Assembly: GCF_001194135.2 (NCBI RefSeq)
Contig: NC_068982.1
Span: 37,590,341 to 37,647,984, forward strand
Source: Octopus bimaculoides
Taxonomy: Eukaryota
Direction of reading: 5' to 3'
Length of the DNA: 57,644 nt
The position numbers and the translations under genes are program-made. This document shows positions 1 to 10,765 of the stretch, piece by piece (positions within the stretch are counted from its first letter, which is position 1; each line of letters opens with the position of its first letter). The notes beneath the pieces are model-generated. The model was not told the origin of the DNA and ran no database searches. It saw nothing but the letters and a program-made list of their open reading frames with translations.

Positions 1-1150
1 AAAAAATATTCATTTTCTTCAAAGTAAGACGAATTGAAGTGGACTCCGGTGAATTTTACGAAATTCAACACCCACCCCCTCCTAAAACACTCCCCTCTCC
101 CGCAAATTTTGTATATTCGGAATCTATATGATATAACACATATTCGTAGAAAATTTCATTAAAAATTTTTCTGAAAGTTATGATCATCCAAATTCGGGTG
201 GGTGGGGGCAGAAATCTGTAGTTAGGCTGTCGTCTTTACGTCATCCATCCTTCCATCCACGCTAATTATTCGTATGATATCAATTAATATGTCTAATAAC
301 AATTTGTGGGCATAGCTTCGTTGTGGCAATAAAGTGTTTTAAAACATTAATTTTTAAAATAGCAATTCTTTTAGTCAACGTGCTTATGAGATTCACCTAA
401 TCTTGTAGTATATTTAATCACGAAACGGCTATATTTACATATTTTCTAGGGTAAAAAACCGAAAGCAATAACAAGTGAAAAGAGAGTATTATTTTGTGAA
501 GCCTGTCAACTACGTTTAGGGTTCCCTTCCTGCTGCTGTTAACAGTTCCTTCTATCTCTTTGGATCGATAGAATAAGTAGGTCTCCGATATGTGTGGATA
601 ATGAAGTGATTGTTTGTCTAATCAATATTCTCTCTTTTCTGGATCCAGTCATTTTGCCTCGGGCTGATGACAAAATACCAGATAGTATGATTTTGTCCTT
701 ATTGGTTGATTCTTTTGCCCCGTGTCATGTCCTAAATTTTGTTCTGGTGGGTTCTGTCGTTTTTTCGGCAAAGCAAATAAACATCTCTAAATATTCAATG
801 TTATCTACTCATATTTTCCAATCAATTGCACTTAGTGTTTGTAGCTTCTTTAACAATCGTTTTATCTGATTTTAGTCCATAACTCTTTTAAGACAGTTGG
901 GTAACTGTCAGACGACACATAACCATTATACGAAGTAATTTTGCAAGTTACCTCGCTTGTCTTAATTTTCTTTCGTATTTGTGTGAATCACATCCATTTT
1001 ATTCAAGCTGCTAGCATTTAAAGTCGATGTGTTTTGGCTTCTTAGACAAAACAACCCGACAAAACAAGGAATCGTGAAACTGTAAAAGTAGCAAAGCTTA
1101 ACAGCAATATGTTTTGATGAGAAATAATTGTGGAGAGTCAAATCCTTCAT
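1..1150 (+). promoter_or_regulatory. CpG-enriched region, candidate promoter/5' end of the DNTTIP2-like gene
   Basis: CpG dinucleotides are visibly more frequent here than in the depleted introns downstream, and the region lies 5' of the first recognisable exons. No TSS can be placed. Confidence 0.3.
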
Positions 1151-1361
1151 TTTATTTAGAAAGAATGTTTAATTTCAATATTTGAAGCAAGCACAAATGT
1201 AGAGATTCTGTATTTATTGCAAATCACTAGCTCTTAGCCTTCAACTAAAGTATACTAGTATACTATAATGCACCTAAACTGGAAGTGGTAATAATGATTT
1301 CGTAGTATTCACTATTGCTTTAATGATTTAGTCTTTCTATTGCATTTCAGTTCTTTGTTGA

Positions 1362-1381
1362 ATGACCAAGAAATTTGAGTG
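1362..1381 (+). CDS. DNTTIP2: Candidate first coding exon of the DNTTIP2-like gene (MTKKFE+TG)
   Basis: Strong acceptor tgcatttcag ends at 1350 and an ATG is at 1362. The exon ends in phase 2 (TG|gtgaag), matching the single G that opens exon 3586 (TG+G=Trp). The donor is weak, so this is tentative. Confidence 0.3.
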
Positions 1382-1879
1382 GTGAAGCTGTGATTTCCTC
1401 ATTAATAACCTTGTAGAGACTGGACTTCTCTCACTTGTTGAGCTTGTCAGTGTGACAATCAGTAACGGAGCATCAGCAGCAGACCAAATGCTTGCTTGGG
1501 TCACATTGTTCATCAATGCAGCACTTGGTCACCAATGTAACTCTCTTCAGTATAACTAGGGTTTGATCAAATTTCCGTGGAGCTTTGTCTTCCACATGGG
1601 GCTATATAATCTATCTTTGCAATCATATTGGTATTAGATATGAGCATAGTGTTGATTTGCATCTATTAATTTAACATTATTGACTTGTTTTTATTGTTAG
1701 GATTAAATTGTCTTTTGGCAAATTTAAGCAGATTTCAACTTAGTGTGCAGAGAGCAGGAAGACTACTGTCTCAGCCCATTGTCACCTTTTGTTTAGAATA
1801 TTGACTAAACAAACCTTGTAATTTTATGGCATTCCTAGATATCAAGTAGTCATGGTGAGATTGCAGAGAATTATTTTTC

Positions 1880-2160
1880 TGCTGTCTTTCATGTACATTG
1901 TGGGGTGTGCAGTGTAAGTGTGCATGAATGGCATAGTAGAAATGTGCTGAGAGAGAAACTGAGCATGCAAGAAAGAAGAGTGCACTAATATGGACATATG
2001 ATGCATATGGATGAGAATTGGTGCATAAAGAAATGGTTATCACTTACTGTAGATGGAACTCGTGAGAGAGGGAGACCCAGGGACACATTGGATGAAATGA
2101 AGGCTGATCTCAGGACTTGAACATTCTCAAAAAAGACCTGCCCACCTCAGCAAAAATGAG
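1880..2160 (+). mobile_element. Degenerate RTE-clade LINE 3' ORF fragment
   Basis: Similar to 34680-35000 (RRxRxYGHxMxMDE...GRPRxTWDE-like motifs), with stops and frameshifts. Confidence 0.6.
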
Positions 2161-3056
2161 TTCTGGAAGTGCTGTGCATGTGTGTGTGTATATATATATA
2201 TATATATACATACACACACAACTGGATCCTTTGCCCAATTTCCTTGTCATGGCATCGCCACCACCCATCACCTACCTGTAGCTCTTCCTAGGTACCACTT
2301 ATTTTTCTTTTTACCCAGAACCATTTTCACTTGTTATCCATCGTTCATTCATTAATACTGTTCTTTCATCCCACACTTTATATTGATCATACACAATTCT
2401 CAACAGAGCCACCAAATTATCTCTCTTTACTACCATACATTTCTCGCTCTCCTCATGCACTAAACCTGCCTCTCTCTTCTTCCCCACTCTACTCCTACAA
2501 CCTACTTACACATATCATCTCACATCCATCTCTTGTCATCATTACTATTCTGTTGCTCTCCCCACTTTTTTTTCAAGATTAATTGAAACAAAGGCAGTGT
2601 ATTTCAACAGAATTGTTGTAACAAAAGGGTTAATAAAGCCAATTAATTGTCACTACCTGTACAGTAAGTGCTATACAAGTTTCAGAAATTGTGACATTAA
2701 ATATGAAAGAGAAATACCGTCAATATCTTTGATGAGAGATATTTTTAATAGTTTGAAAAGTATATTTTCTCCTCATAATTAACATAATGCTCATAAGCTC
2801 TGAACAATGAACAAAGCAAATATACTTATCACCTAGTAACTACAGTAATGATTCATTATGATTGTTGTTTTTTGTATGTCTTTTTCCACCACCACTGTTT
2901 GATAATTGGTGTTAGTTTGTTTATGTCCATGTAACTTAGCAAGAAAATTACTTGTGTTGATTTGTTTGGCTAAACCCTTCAGGACAGTGTCCCAGCATGG
3001 CCACAGTCAAATGACTGAAACAAGTAAAATGATAATAAAAATAGTATTCTAATATT

Positions 3057-3270
3057 GGTTTCAAATTTTGGCACAAGGCCAGCAATTCCAGGGAAGAGGA
3101 TAAGCTGATTACATCGACCCCAATACTCAACTAGTACTTATTTTATCAACCCGGGAAGGATGAAAGGCAAAAATGACCCCGGCAGAATTTGAACTTAGAA
3201 CATAAAGATGGATGAAATACTGCTAAGCATTTTGCCTGGCATGCTAACAGTTCTGCCAGCTTGCTGCCCT
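3057..3270 (-). mobile_element. SINE family B copy
   Basis: Matches more than ten copies in the window (core ctttgcctttcatcctttcggggtcgataaaataagtaccag). Others lie near 11345-11520(+), 14560-15000(+), 17075-17265(-), 17765-17990(-), 23940-24160(-), 24310-24430(+), 29452-29670(-), 29773-29990(-), 37035-37230(-) and 53003-53208(-). Confidence 0.75.
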
Positions 3271-3585
3271 AGATAGTATTCTGATATATTTTTTAAATAA
3301 ATCTGTTTCCAAATGATTGTTAAATTTTAAAATATTCTTGGAACATTTTATTTAAAATTTTTTTCTTGACACTTAAGGACATATAAATCTTAAATATACC
3401 TATTTCTTGCTCAGTAAAATATTTATGTTCTTTGCAGCCTGTTATATTCAACGTTTTTTTGTTTATATACTCTCAGTTCAAATTTTCTTGGTAGAATATT
3501 GAAAGAAATAAAATGTCTGTCTTTTTGTTTGTAAATTTTAGCAAATGATTCTATTAAAATCTGGATCACGTTTTATTTTTTATAG

Positions 3586-3694
3586 GTCGTCTACAGGATT
3601 GGTCAGTTCTATTGATCCTCATCTTACCTTTAGCTCTTATTTAGACTCCTCAAAACATTGTGTTACAGTAAATAAACTTGTAGATGTTAATCAG
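3586..3694 (+). CDS. DNTTIP2: DNTTIP2/Fcf2-like coding exon (SSTGLVSSIDPHLTFSSYLDSSKHCVTVNKLVDVNQ)
   Basis: Splice sites ttttttatag|G and CAG|gtaagt; 109 nt open frame. SSIDP resembles the SSSIDPG motif upstream of the Fcf2 domain in vertebrate DNTTIP2, and the exon ends in phase 0 as the next exon requires. Confidence 0.8.
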
Positions 3695-3879
3695 GTAAGT
3701 AAATTGCTGTGCTAATATTGACATTTTATAATCATTCATCAACAAGGATCTTTATTTTGTTATTTTCATGAATTATATATATACAAGAAAGAAGTGATGC
3801 TTATAATGTTTATGTGTGTGTAGAAAGACATCAAGCAACCTACCCATAAATATTTTCCCCTTTTCTGCCAGGGACAAAA

Positions 3880-4190
3880 TTTCAGGGCTACCACCATCAG
3901 TACCGGCACACTGAGAGGTATGTCAAGAGGTTTGTAGAGATGCTGCAGCATTGATGACTAGATTTGTGCTGATTGAAGGCAGCCTTAGCCAGACTTGCTC
4001 ATGAGCAAGTAACACAGGTACAAAGTCTTTGTAGGTAACAACACTGAGGTGGGTAGTGTAGGCATATTGTTGGCAGAGAAGTGGATAGGTAAGTCATTGT
4101 GATAGAAAATGTGACAGACTGATGAAACTTTGTTTAGTCATGGGCAGTATGACAGTAACAGTGATCTCTTCTTGTGCACCATGTGCATTG
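3880..4190 (+). mobile_element. Degenerate RTE APE-endonuclease 5' fragment
   Basis: Broken translation gives GTLRG...VEML...YKVF...VGSVGILLAEKWI, typical of the N-terminus of an RTE apurinic endonuclease. Confidence 0.55.
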
Positions 4191-5408
4191 ATAGATGAAC
4201 AAATGGACTAATTCTATGAGGCCATCTTTCAGACAGCTGCTTCATCATCATTGTCATTGTCATCATTTTACATCTGTGACCATACTAGCATGGGTTAGAC
4301 ATTTTGACAGGCTCCAACAGGTTCAAAGGCAGTGTCTTGCTCCAGTGTCACAATTTTGGCTGGATGTCCTTCCTAATGTCATCCATTCACAGGGTGCTTT
4401 GTAGAGTGCTTTTTTTGTTTTGTAGTACCAGTACTAATGAGGTTGCTTTGCAACTTGCAAGACTGGAGAGACCCCTTTGCTAAGAGGAAAGATAAGAGAT
4501 AGGATGGATGCTTTAAGTAAGTTGTTAAGAGGTTAAAATATAGTAGGGGAGCAGGAACAGATTGACTGTTTCTAAACTTACTTCTGCTCCCTTTGGCTCA
4601 TTATTTTGGCTAGAGTAATTAATGGACATACTGGGCAAGACCATGACTAATGTGGTGTACATGGGGACTATAGATACATACTCCAACCCTCGTCTGCTAA
4701 CATAAAGCCCTCTCTACCTTCAGCTTTCACAGTTTTGTGAGCAGCATGATGATCTTACTAGTGTCAGTGGCATGAAAAAGGCACCCATTACAGACTGTAA
4801 AGTGTTTGGCATTAGGAAGGGCATTCAGTCAATGGAGCATGATTCAGTCCTTAGACTCATTGGATACTGTCAAACCATCCAATCCATGCCACACGGAACA
4901 TGACCATTAAATGATGATGATATGTGTGTGTATAGTCATCTACTAACAAATTACCTTAGGTATTTGAGTTGAAACTAGACATGTCGATTAATAAAAACTT
5001 CAAAGTGTTCAACTCATTTTTGATCAAGTTGGACAAAGAGTTTTTAACTCTCTGAAGACTAACAGGTTAATGTCAGAATATATTTAATGTATGCAATTAT
5101 ATTTTTCATCATTTGAATATATAATTACAATAATAATTAGATCTGCACTAAATTTCTATCAGTTTTTCATTGTTTCTTATTCATAGCTGATTTAAAAATG
5201 CAGACTATCCAGCAATAAGACACCTTATAATTGGTCAGAGATTAAACCGTTGCAAACAACATAGTGTAGATATTAATATTGACCATATACATCCTAAAGA
5301 TATCTAGAAAATACATAATCTCATCTCAAACTAATATAGATATACCTTGATTTAATGAATTTAAACTTTTGTGAGTTTTTATTACAAATATATTATATAT
5401 ATTTGTGA

Positions 5409-5477
5409 AGGTGCTTGGCTTAGTGGTTAGGGTATTCAGCACATGATCGTAAGGTCACGAGTTCAATTCCTGGCGAC
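5409..5477 (+). mobile_element. tRNA-derived SINE head (Pol III A and B boxes)
   Basis: A-box TGGCTTAGTGG at 5416-5426 and B-box GTTCAATTCC at 5461-5470. No complete cloverleaf; fused directly to RTE RT sequence. Confidence 0.7.
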
Positions 5478-6550
5478 AAGTAGTGAGGAATTCAGGGTAC
5501 AAGTAGGGATTCACCAAGGATTGATGCTCAGCCCCCTTTTGTTCATCATAGTCCTCCAGGCAATAACAGAGGAATTCAAGACAGGCTACCTCAGGGAGCT
5601 CCTCTATGCTGATGATCTTGCTCTAATAGTTGAGTCACTACCAGAACTAGAGAAGAAGTTTCAGGTGTTAAAGCAAGGTCTAGAATCGAAGGGCCTTAGA
5701 GTTAACCTAGCAAAAACCAAAGTCATAGTAAGTAGGAAGGTAAACAAATCACAGATCTCTTCAGGTAGATGCCCCTGCTTAATCTGTAGAAAAGGTGTAG
5801 GTAGAAACTCCATGAGATGCACCCAGTATAAGCTTTGGACACACAAAAGGGACAGCAACACCAGAGAAAGGTTAACAGGGAAACTAACTTTTGTATGTAG
5901 AAGGTATACAGGTACAATAAACACTGAAAATGCTCAGAAAATAGACTCCATCATCTGCCAGGGGACAAGCTAGAGGTAGTAGGTAGATTCCGTTATCTAG
6001 GTGACCAAGTTAGTAGTGGAGGTGGGTGCTCCAAGAGCGTAGCTGTGAGAATAAAATTAGGCTGGGCGATGCTTCACTGGATGTGCAATGTCAGTGTGCA
6101 TGTTTGACAGAGTGTAAGCATCTTGAGAGAAAAGTTAGGAATAAGAGGAATCAGATGTGGTGTGTAAGGGAGATGATTGTGCTGGTATGGTCATGTGATG
6201 CATATAGACGAGGAAAGCTGTGTAAAGAAGTGCTGATCTTTAACTGTGGAGGGAACCTGTGGTAGAGGTAGACCCAGGAAGACATGGGACAAGGTGGTAA
6301 AGCATGATCTTCAAACTTTGAACCTCACAGAGGCAATGACTGGTGACTGAGACCTTTGGCGATGTGCTGTGCTTGAGAGGACCCGCCAAGCCAAGTGCAC
6401 CTGTGCTGGTGTCATGTAAAGAATATTTTTTGAACGTTGGGCCTCACGGAGGCAAAGTGGCTGAGTTCCTTTCAAGCATTGGGCCTCAGGTCTCACAGAG
6501 GCAAAAAAGTTGAGTTCCTTTCGAGTGTTGGGCCTCATGGAGGCAAAGTG
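5478..6550 (+). mobile_element. 5'-truncated RTE LINE (RT core and C-terminus), frameshifted
   Basis: ORF 5443-5973 reads VGIHQGLMLSPLLF...LLYADDLALI...GLRVNLAKTKV, followed by GRPRKTWD-type C-terminal sequence and three 42-bp repeat units at about 6437-6550. Confidence 0.9.
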
Positions 6551-6858
6551 GCTGTTCCATTGATCAGATCAACTGGAACCCTTGTTGTAACTGATGGGAT
6601 GTTAGTTATATATATTTAGAATGACTTTTTTTTTTTTACCTTTACATGAAATTTTATTGTTTCTGTATGAATAATCTCTAATTTTTTTGTATTTTGTGTC
6701 TTAAATTGCTTAGCTAAGAAATACATTTTATGTTTGATACTTTCAGCAAAATAGTTTCTGTATATTTAAATAATTCAGTCCTAAATGCTATGTTGTATCC
6801 TTTTAATGATTTAAATGATTTCATTCTATAAAGACACTCACTTGTAATATTGTTTCAG

Positions 6859-6936
6859 ATTCTCAAGTCAACTGCACCACCACCTGATCCAACAAAAGAA
6901 CTCATTAGCAAAAGAAAACAAAAACTACTGAAGAAG
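6859..6936 (+). CDS. DNTTIP2: DNTTIP2/Fcf2-like coding exon (ILKSTAPPPDPTKELISKRKQKLLKK)
   Basis: Splice sites tgtttcag|ATT and AAG|gtaaat; 78 nt, phase 0-0. The basic run corresponds to the KKRRKERQK region before the Fcf2 domain. Confidence 0.82.
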
Positions 6937-7321
6937 GTAAATGAAATCCCCTTGTATTTTATTAATCTATTATTATTCTGTATTTTATGAATTACAATGT
7001 TGGTTTTATATAGCTGAAAGAAAAATACCTATTCCACTTCCCATAGGGAAGGATAATAATTTCTAACTGTAAAAAGCATGTTAATAGAACACAGATATTC
7101 TATACATCTATTCTGATGATAATTTGAACAGACATCTTATATATTTTTAAACACAGAGAAATGATTAGTTTACCACAAAGCCTGAATATGAACATATCTA
7201 CATTATTAAGGTATATAATTAAAGATTTGCTGGTCCAGTGTTTTGACACAACATTCACAGAATGAATATATAAGGACTTCACAGATAAATTACAATTTAT
7301 CAGTTCTAGTTATCACTTATT

Positions 7322-7529
7322 TCTCTGAGGATAGAATTCTTATTCTTTTACTTATTTCAGTCATTTGACTGTGGCCATGCTGGAGCACCACCTTTAGTTG
7401 AGCAAATCGACCCCAGGACTTATTTTTTGTAAGCCAAGTACTTATTCTGTCGGTTCTCTTTTGCCGAACCGCTAAGTTACGGCGACGTAAACACACCAGC
7501 ATCGGTTGTCAAGCCATGTTGGGGGAACA

Positions 7530-7563
<34 letters not shown>

Positions 7564-7720
7564 GGGCTTCTTTCAGCTTCTGTCTACCAAATCCGCTCAC
7601 AAGGCTTTGGTTGTCCCAAGGCTTATAATAGAAGACACTTGCCCAAGGTGCCATGCAGTAGGACTGAACTCGGAACCATGTGGTTGGTAAGCAAGCTACT
7701 TACCACACAGCCACTCCTGC
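7322..7720 (-). mobile_element. Near full-length SINE family A (tRNA-like head, conserved core, internal (GT)n, gtcaaatgactgaaa tail)
   Basis: The head gtgtggtaag...ggttccgagttcagtcc and core ggcaccttgggcaagtgtcttct recur at 10535, 17300, 19925, 22190-22390, 22500-22650, 23140-23560, 37545-37690 and 50945-51230. Confidence 0.85.
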
Positions 7721-7798
7721 GCCTATATGTAAAAATATTTTTAATTTTTATTTATTTAGTTATTGCAATATATATATTTTGTTTATTTTCATTTTCAG

Positions 7799-7963
7799 AA
7801 ACTAAGAAGTAAAGTAGCTGGAGATAACTGGTTTAACATGGGAACACCAGAAATGACGCGAACAATAAAGAATGAATTGTCTCTAATTCAGATGAGAAAC
7901 TCTCTCGATCCAAAACGATTTTATAAAAGTAATGATAGAAAGAGATTTCCCAAGTACTTCCAG
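7799..7963 (+). CDS. DNTTIP2: Fcf2 domain exon (KLRSKVAGDNWFNMGTPEMTRTIKNELSLIQMRNSLDPKRFYKSNDRKRFPKYFQ)
   Basis: Splice sites attttcag|AAA and CAG|gtctgt. Hallmark Fcf2 motifs AGDxWFxM and MRxSxDPKRFYKxNDRxxFPKYFQ are present. Confidence 0.97.
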
Positions 7964-8299
7964 GTCTGTATATTGATTATTTTTACAATTCCATTATAGA
8001 TGGTTCTTAGAGTCCCTAGAGATTTATGTAATATAAATGGCAGTATGGTGGTCAAAACCACAGAACCATTTAGCAAGAGACTTGCAAAGAAAGGTCATGA
8101 CAGGACTTGAACTGTTTCCTCGAAATGGAGTCATTTTTTTCAACAATTTCTCATTGGTATCTATCATATGGATAAAATTCTCTGTTCTATGATGACAACA
8201 ACACCACCACCAACAACAACAACAATGTTGTTGTCCTCATTGTTGTCTTCTTCATCTTGGACTCCTCTGTATGATAAACAAAAGGGAACAAAGAACTGA

Positions 8300-8545
8300 A
8301 CTCTGAACTCCAACCTGCCTACTAAATTCCTTATAAAAATTGTTGCTGATCTCATTCTGACAACACCCTTATGGCTTGTGTGGTTCTTGCAAGCCATTCA
8401 TCTACACCAAGTTTTCTTAGTGACAACCAAACTACAGGGTAGAACCGTCAAAGGTGTTCTCCATGTCAACAGATGCTAGTATAGTGAATTGCTCTGAGTG
8501 AAGAACTTCTGTAGTTATCTTACTAGGAAGAGGGTATCAGTGTCT
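8300..8545 (-). mobile_element. Degenerate RTE RT fragment
   Basis: The minus strand reads ASVDMENTFD...EISNNFYKEFSRQVGVQ, matching RTE RT subdomains 3-4 (AFVDxEKAFD...EEFxVQVGVHQG). Confidence 0.55.
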
Positions 8546-8604
8546 CCCTAACCTGTTGTAAACTTGAACAACATCTATCCTAAGCTGTGTTATTTTTTCT
8601 TTTA

Positions 8605-9511
8605 TTGGGTTATCCCATAAATAATGCAGTTTTTTTCAATTTCATGAACTAAAAGCCGGAGGGGGAGGGGATAAACTGTCTGCATCAACTTGCTATAAAA
8701 GCAGGTAGTAATTTTACCTTGTACTTGTTCTTAGTGCAAGTTTTGAAGAGTGCAGTTCGATTGTAACAGTTATTCTTTCAAACCTGTAATGGAAGTGGCA
8801 AAGGAGCATATTCGGCATGTTTTGCTTTATGAGTTCAATAAAGGCAACAGTGCAATGGAAAGTGCGAGGAACATTAATGCAGTATATGGGGATCGGACAA
8901 TAGGTGTAAGCCAATGTCAACAGTGGTTCCAAAAATTCCAAGCCGCAAACTACAGCCTTGTCCTTGAACATCTGTAGAGCTTGACAAGGATGTCCTGTAA
9001 CCCCTGGTGGAACAAAATCCCATCATAACTATTGAGGAAATAGCAGAGAAACTTAGATTTGGTCATTCAACCATTCATCAACACCTGCATGCCATTGGAA
9101 AATGACCATCTTTGGTTTTAAGATGAAAGGTGTTCTTCCATCAGGATAATGCTCGGCCACATGCAGCAAGGATGACAATCCAAAGGGAGCAGTTTGAATG
9201 GGAAATGATGCCCTACCCACCATATTCGCCAGACAATACCCCATCTGATATTCATTTATTCCACAGTCTTCAAAATCATTTGGCTGGAAAGAATATCAGT
9301 TCTGTAGATGAGGTCAAAACAGTACTAGAGAAGTATTTTTCATTACGGACAAGTGAATTTTGAGGGGCCTTGCAAGTCTACCAGATAGATGGAAGAGCAT
9401 TGTAGAAAATGAGGAGAATATGTTTTAGATTAAAAAAGAACTTTGTTTATCTTAATTTTGAAAAATAAAAGAAGTATAAAAAAAACCCACATTATTTATT
9501 GGATGACCCAA
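8605..9511 (+). mobile_element. Internally deleted mariner (DD34D-type) transposon in DNTTIP2 intron
   Basis: TIRs ttgggttatcccataaataat and (reverse complement) ttgggtcatccaataaaata are each flanked by TA. The N-terminal HTH reads MEVAKEHIRHVLLYEFNKG...WFQKF and the C-terminus HQDNARPH...YPPYSPDNTPSD; the centre is missing. Confidence 0.92.
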
Positions 9512-10324
9512 TACTTTCAAAACTTGGATTGTTAATTTTATGTTAATCTAGTTGCTCCTTACTAGAGTATCCTTTTTATCTCAATGATACTGCTATGCCA
9601 GTCATTGGAGATGACATTTCCTTGTATTATCTGATTGACTATGTATGTCACTTCCACCTGTCATATTTTGCTAGGTATTTTTAGTAACTAATTCTGATAG
9701 TTCTGATGTTCTCCTCCTGCCTTCATATTCTTAGATGTTCTTCTGAATATGCAGCTGTCAACTTCCATGGCTAATCACTCTGTTGGGTCTACTTGTGGTG
9801 GTCCCTCTTTTTTTCATCCATTCTTTTCATTGAGCAATTTCTTACAGCAGCATTTCCACATCTCTTCCTCTTCAGTGTGAGTGAGGACAAATGTTCCTCT
9901 CATTCCCCACAAACTTTTCACCAAAGATGTCTAGATTAACACTGACACATTGCTTTGCAATCTGGGATACCACATGCCTCTGATCCTTTTATTGGCAAAC
10001 ACAATTTCTGCTTTATCCTTTGTTATGTATATTTGCCCATTTCCTGACATTGCTCTTTGCTACATTTTTCATCCATTCATTTAAGGCCTGTCTTTTAGCT
10101 AACTTGGGTTCCTAAATATTTATTTCTGATTATGTCACTGCACATTTGCCCAATATTTCTCAATGTAATTATTCTATATTAATAATTTCAGGATATAAAT
10201 AATTTTTTTTTTATCATTATCATATTTATCGCCATCAAATTGATTATTTATATAAACAAAAAATGATTTTCTTTATATATTTTTATGCATTTTATTTATC
10301 TGTGCCTTGTAATATATTTTACAG

Positions 10325-10434
10325 ATGGGAACAGTTGTTGAATCTGCAGCAGATTTCTATCATGCTCGTATTCCAAAGAAGCAACGGAAGGCAAATATTG
10401 TTGAAGAGATGATGGCTAATGCAGAAATGAAACA
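10325..10434 (+). CDS. DNTTIP2: Fcf2 domain exon (MGTVVESAADFYHARIPKKQRKANIVEEMMANAEMK+CA)
   Basis: Splice sites ttttacag|ATG and CA|gtaggt. Matches the conserved GTxVxxxADFYHxRIPKKQRKxxIVEE motif. Confidence 0.97.
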
Positions 10435-10534
10435 GTAGGTTTACTTCTTCTATTAATCCTTGTTTGCCATTTTAATATTTTTTTTTTGTTTAAAGGATAA
10501 CAGACTCCATAATCTGTGACTCTTGAGTTTGTTG

Positions 10535-10765
10535 GAAGAAATGCTTAGGCTGCTTTGCAACCATGTGCTTCCAATTTCAGTCCCACTGTGTGGCATGTTG
10601 GGCGAGTGTCTCCTACTACAGCCCTAGGTGACCAATACCTTGTGAGTTTGGTAGATAAAACCTGTGTGGGAACTCATTAGGTTTACATATGTGTGTTTGT
10701 GTTGTTTGTTACCTCTTCCCCCACTTGACGACTGGTGTTGGTGTGTTTACATCCCTGTAAGTAGT
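10535..10765 (+). mobile_element. SINE family A, degenerate
   Basis: Head and core are similar to 7480-7720 in the opposite orientation. Confidence 0.65.

Noticed and set aside
594-869. 91-aa ORF with GTG start near the window start
   Set aside because: No homology or splice support; likely repeat-derived.
5409-5477. tRNA gene
   Set aside because: It has A/B boxes but no complete cloverleaf or terminator; it is a SINE head.
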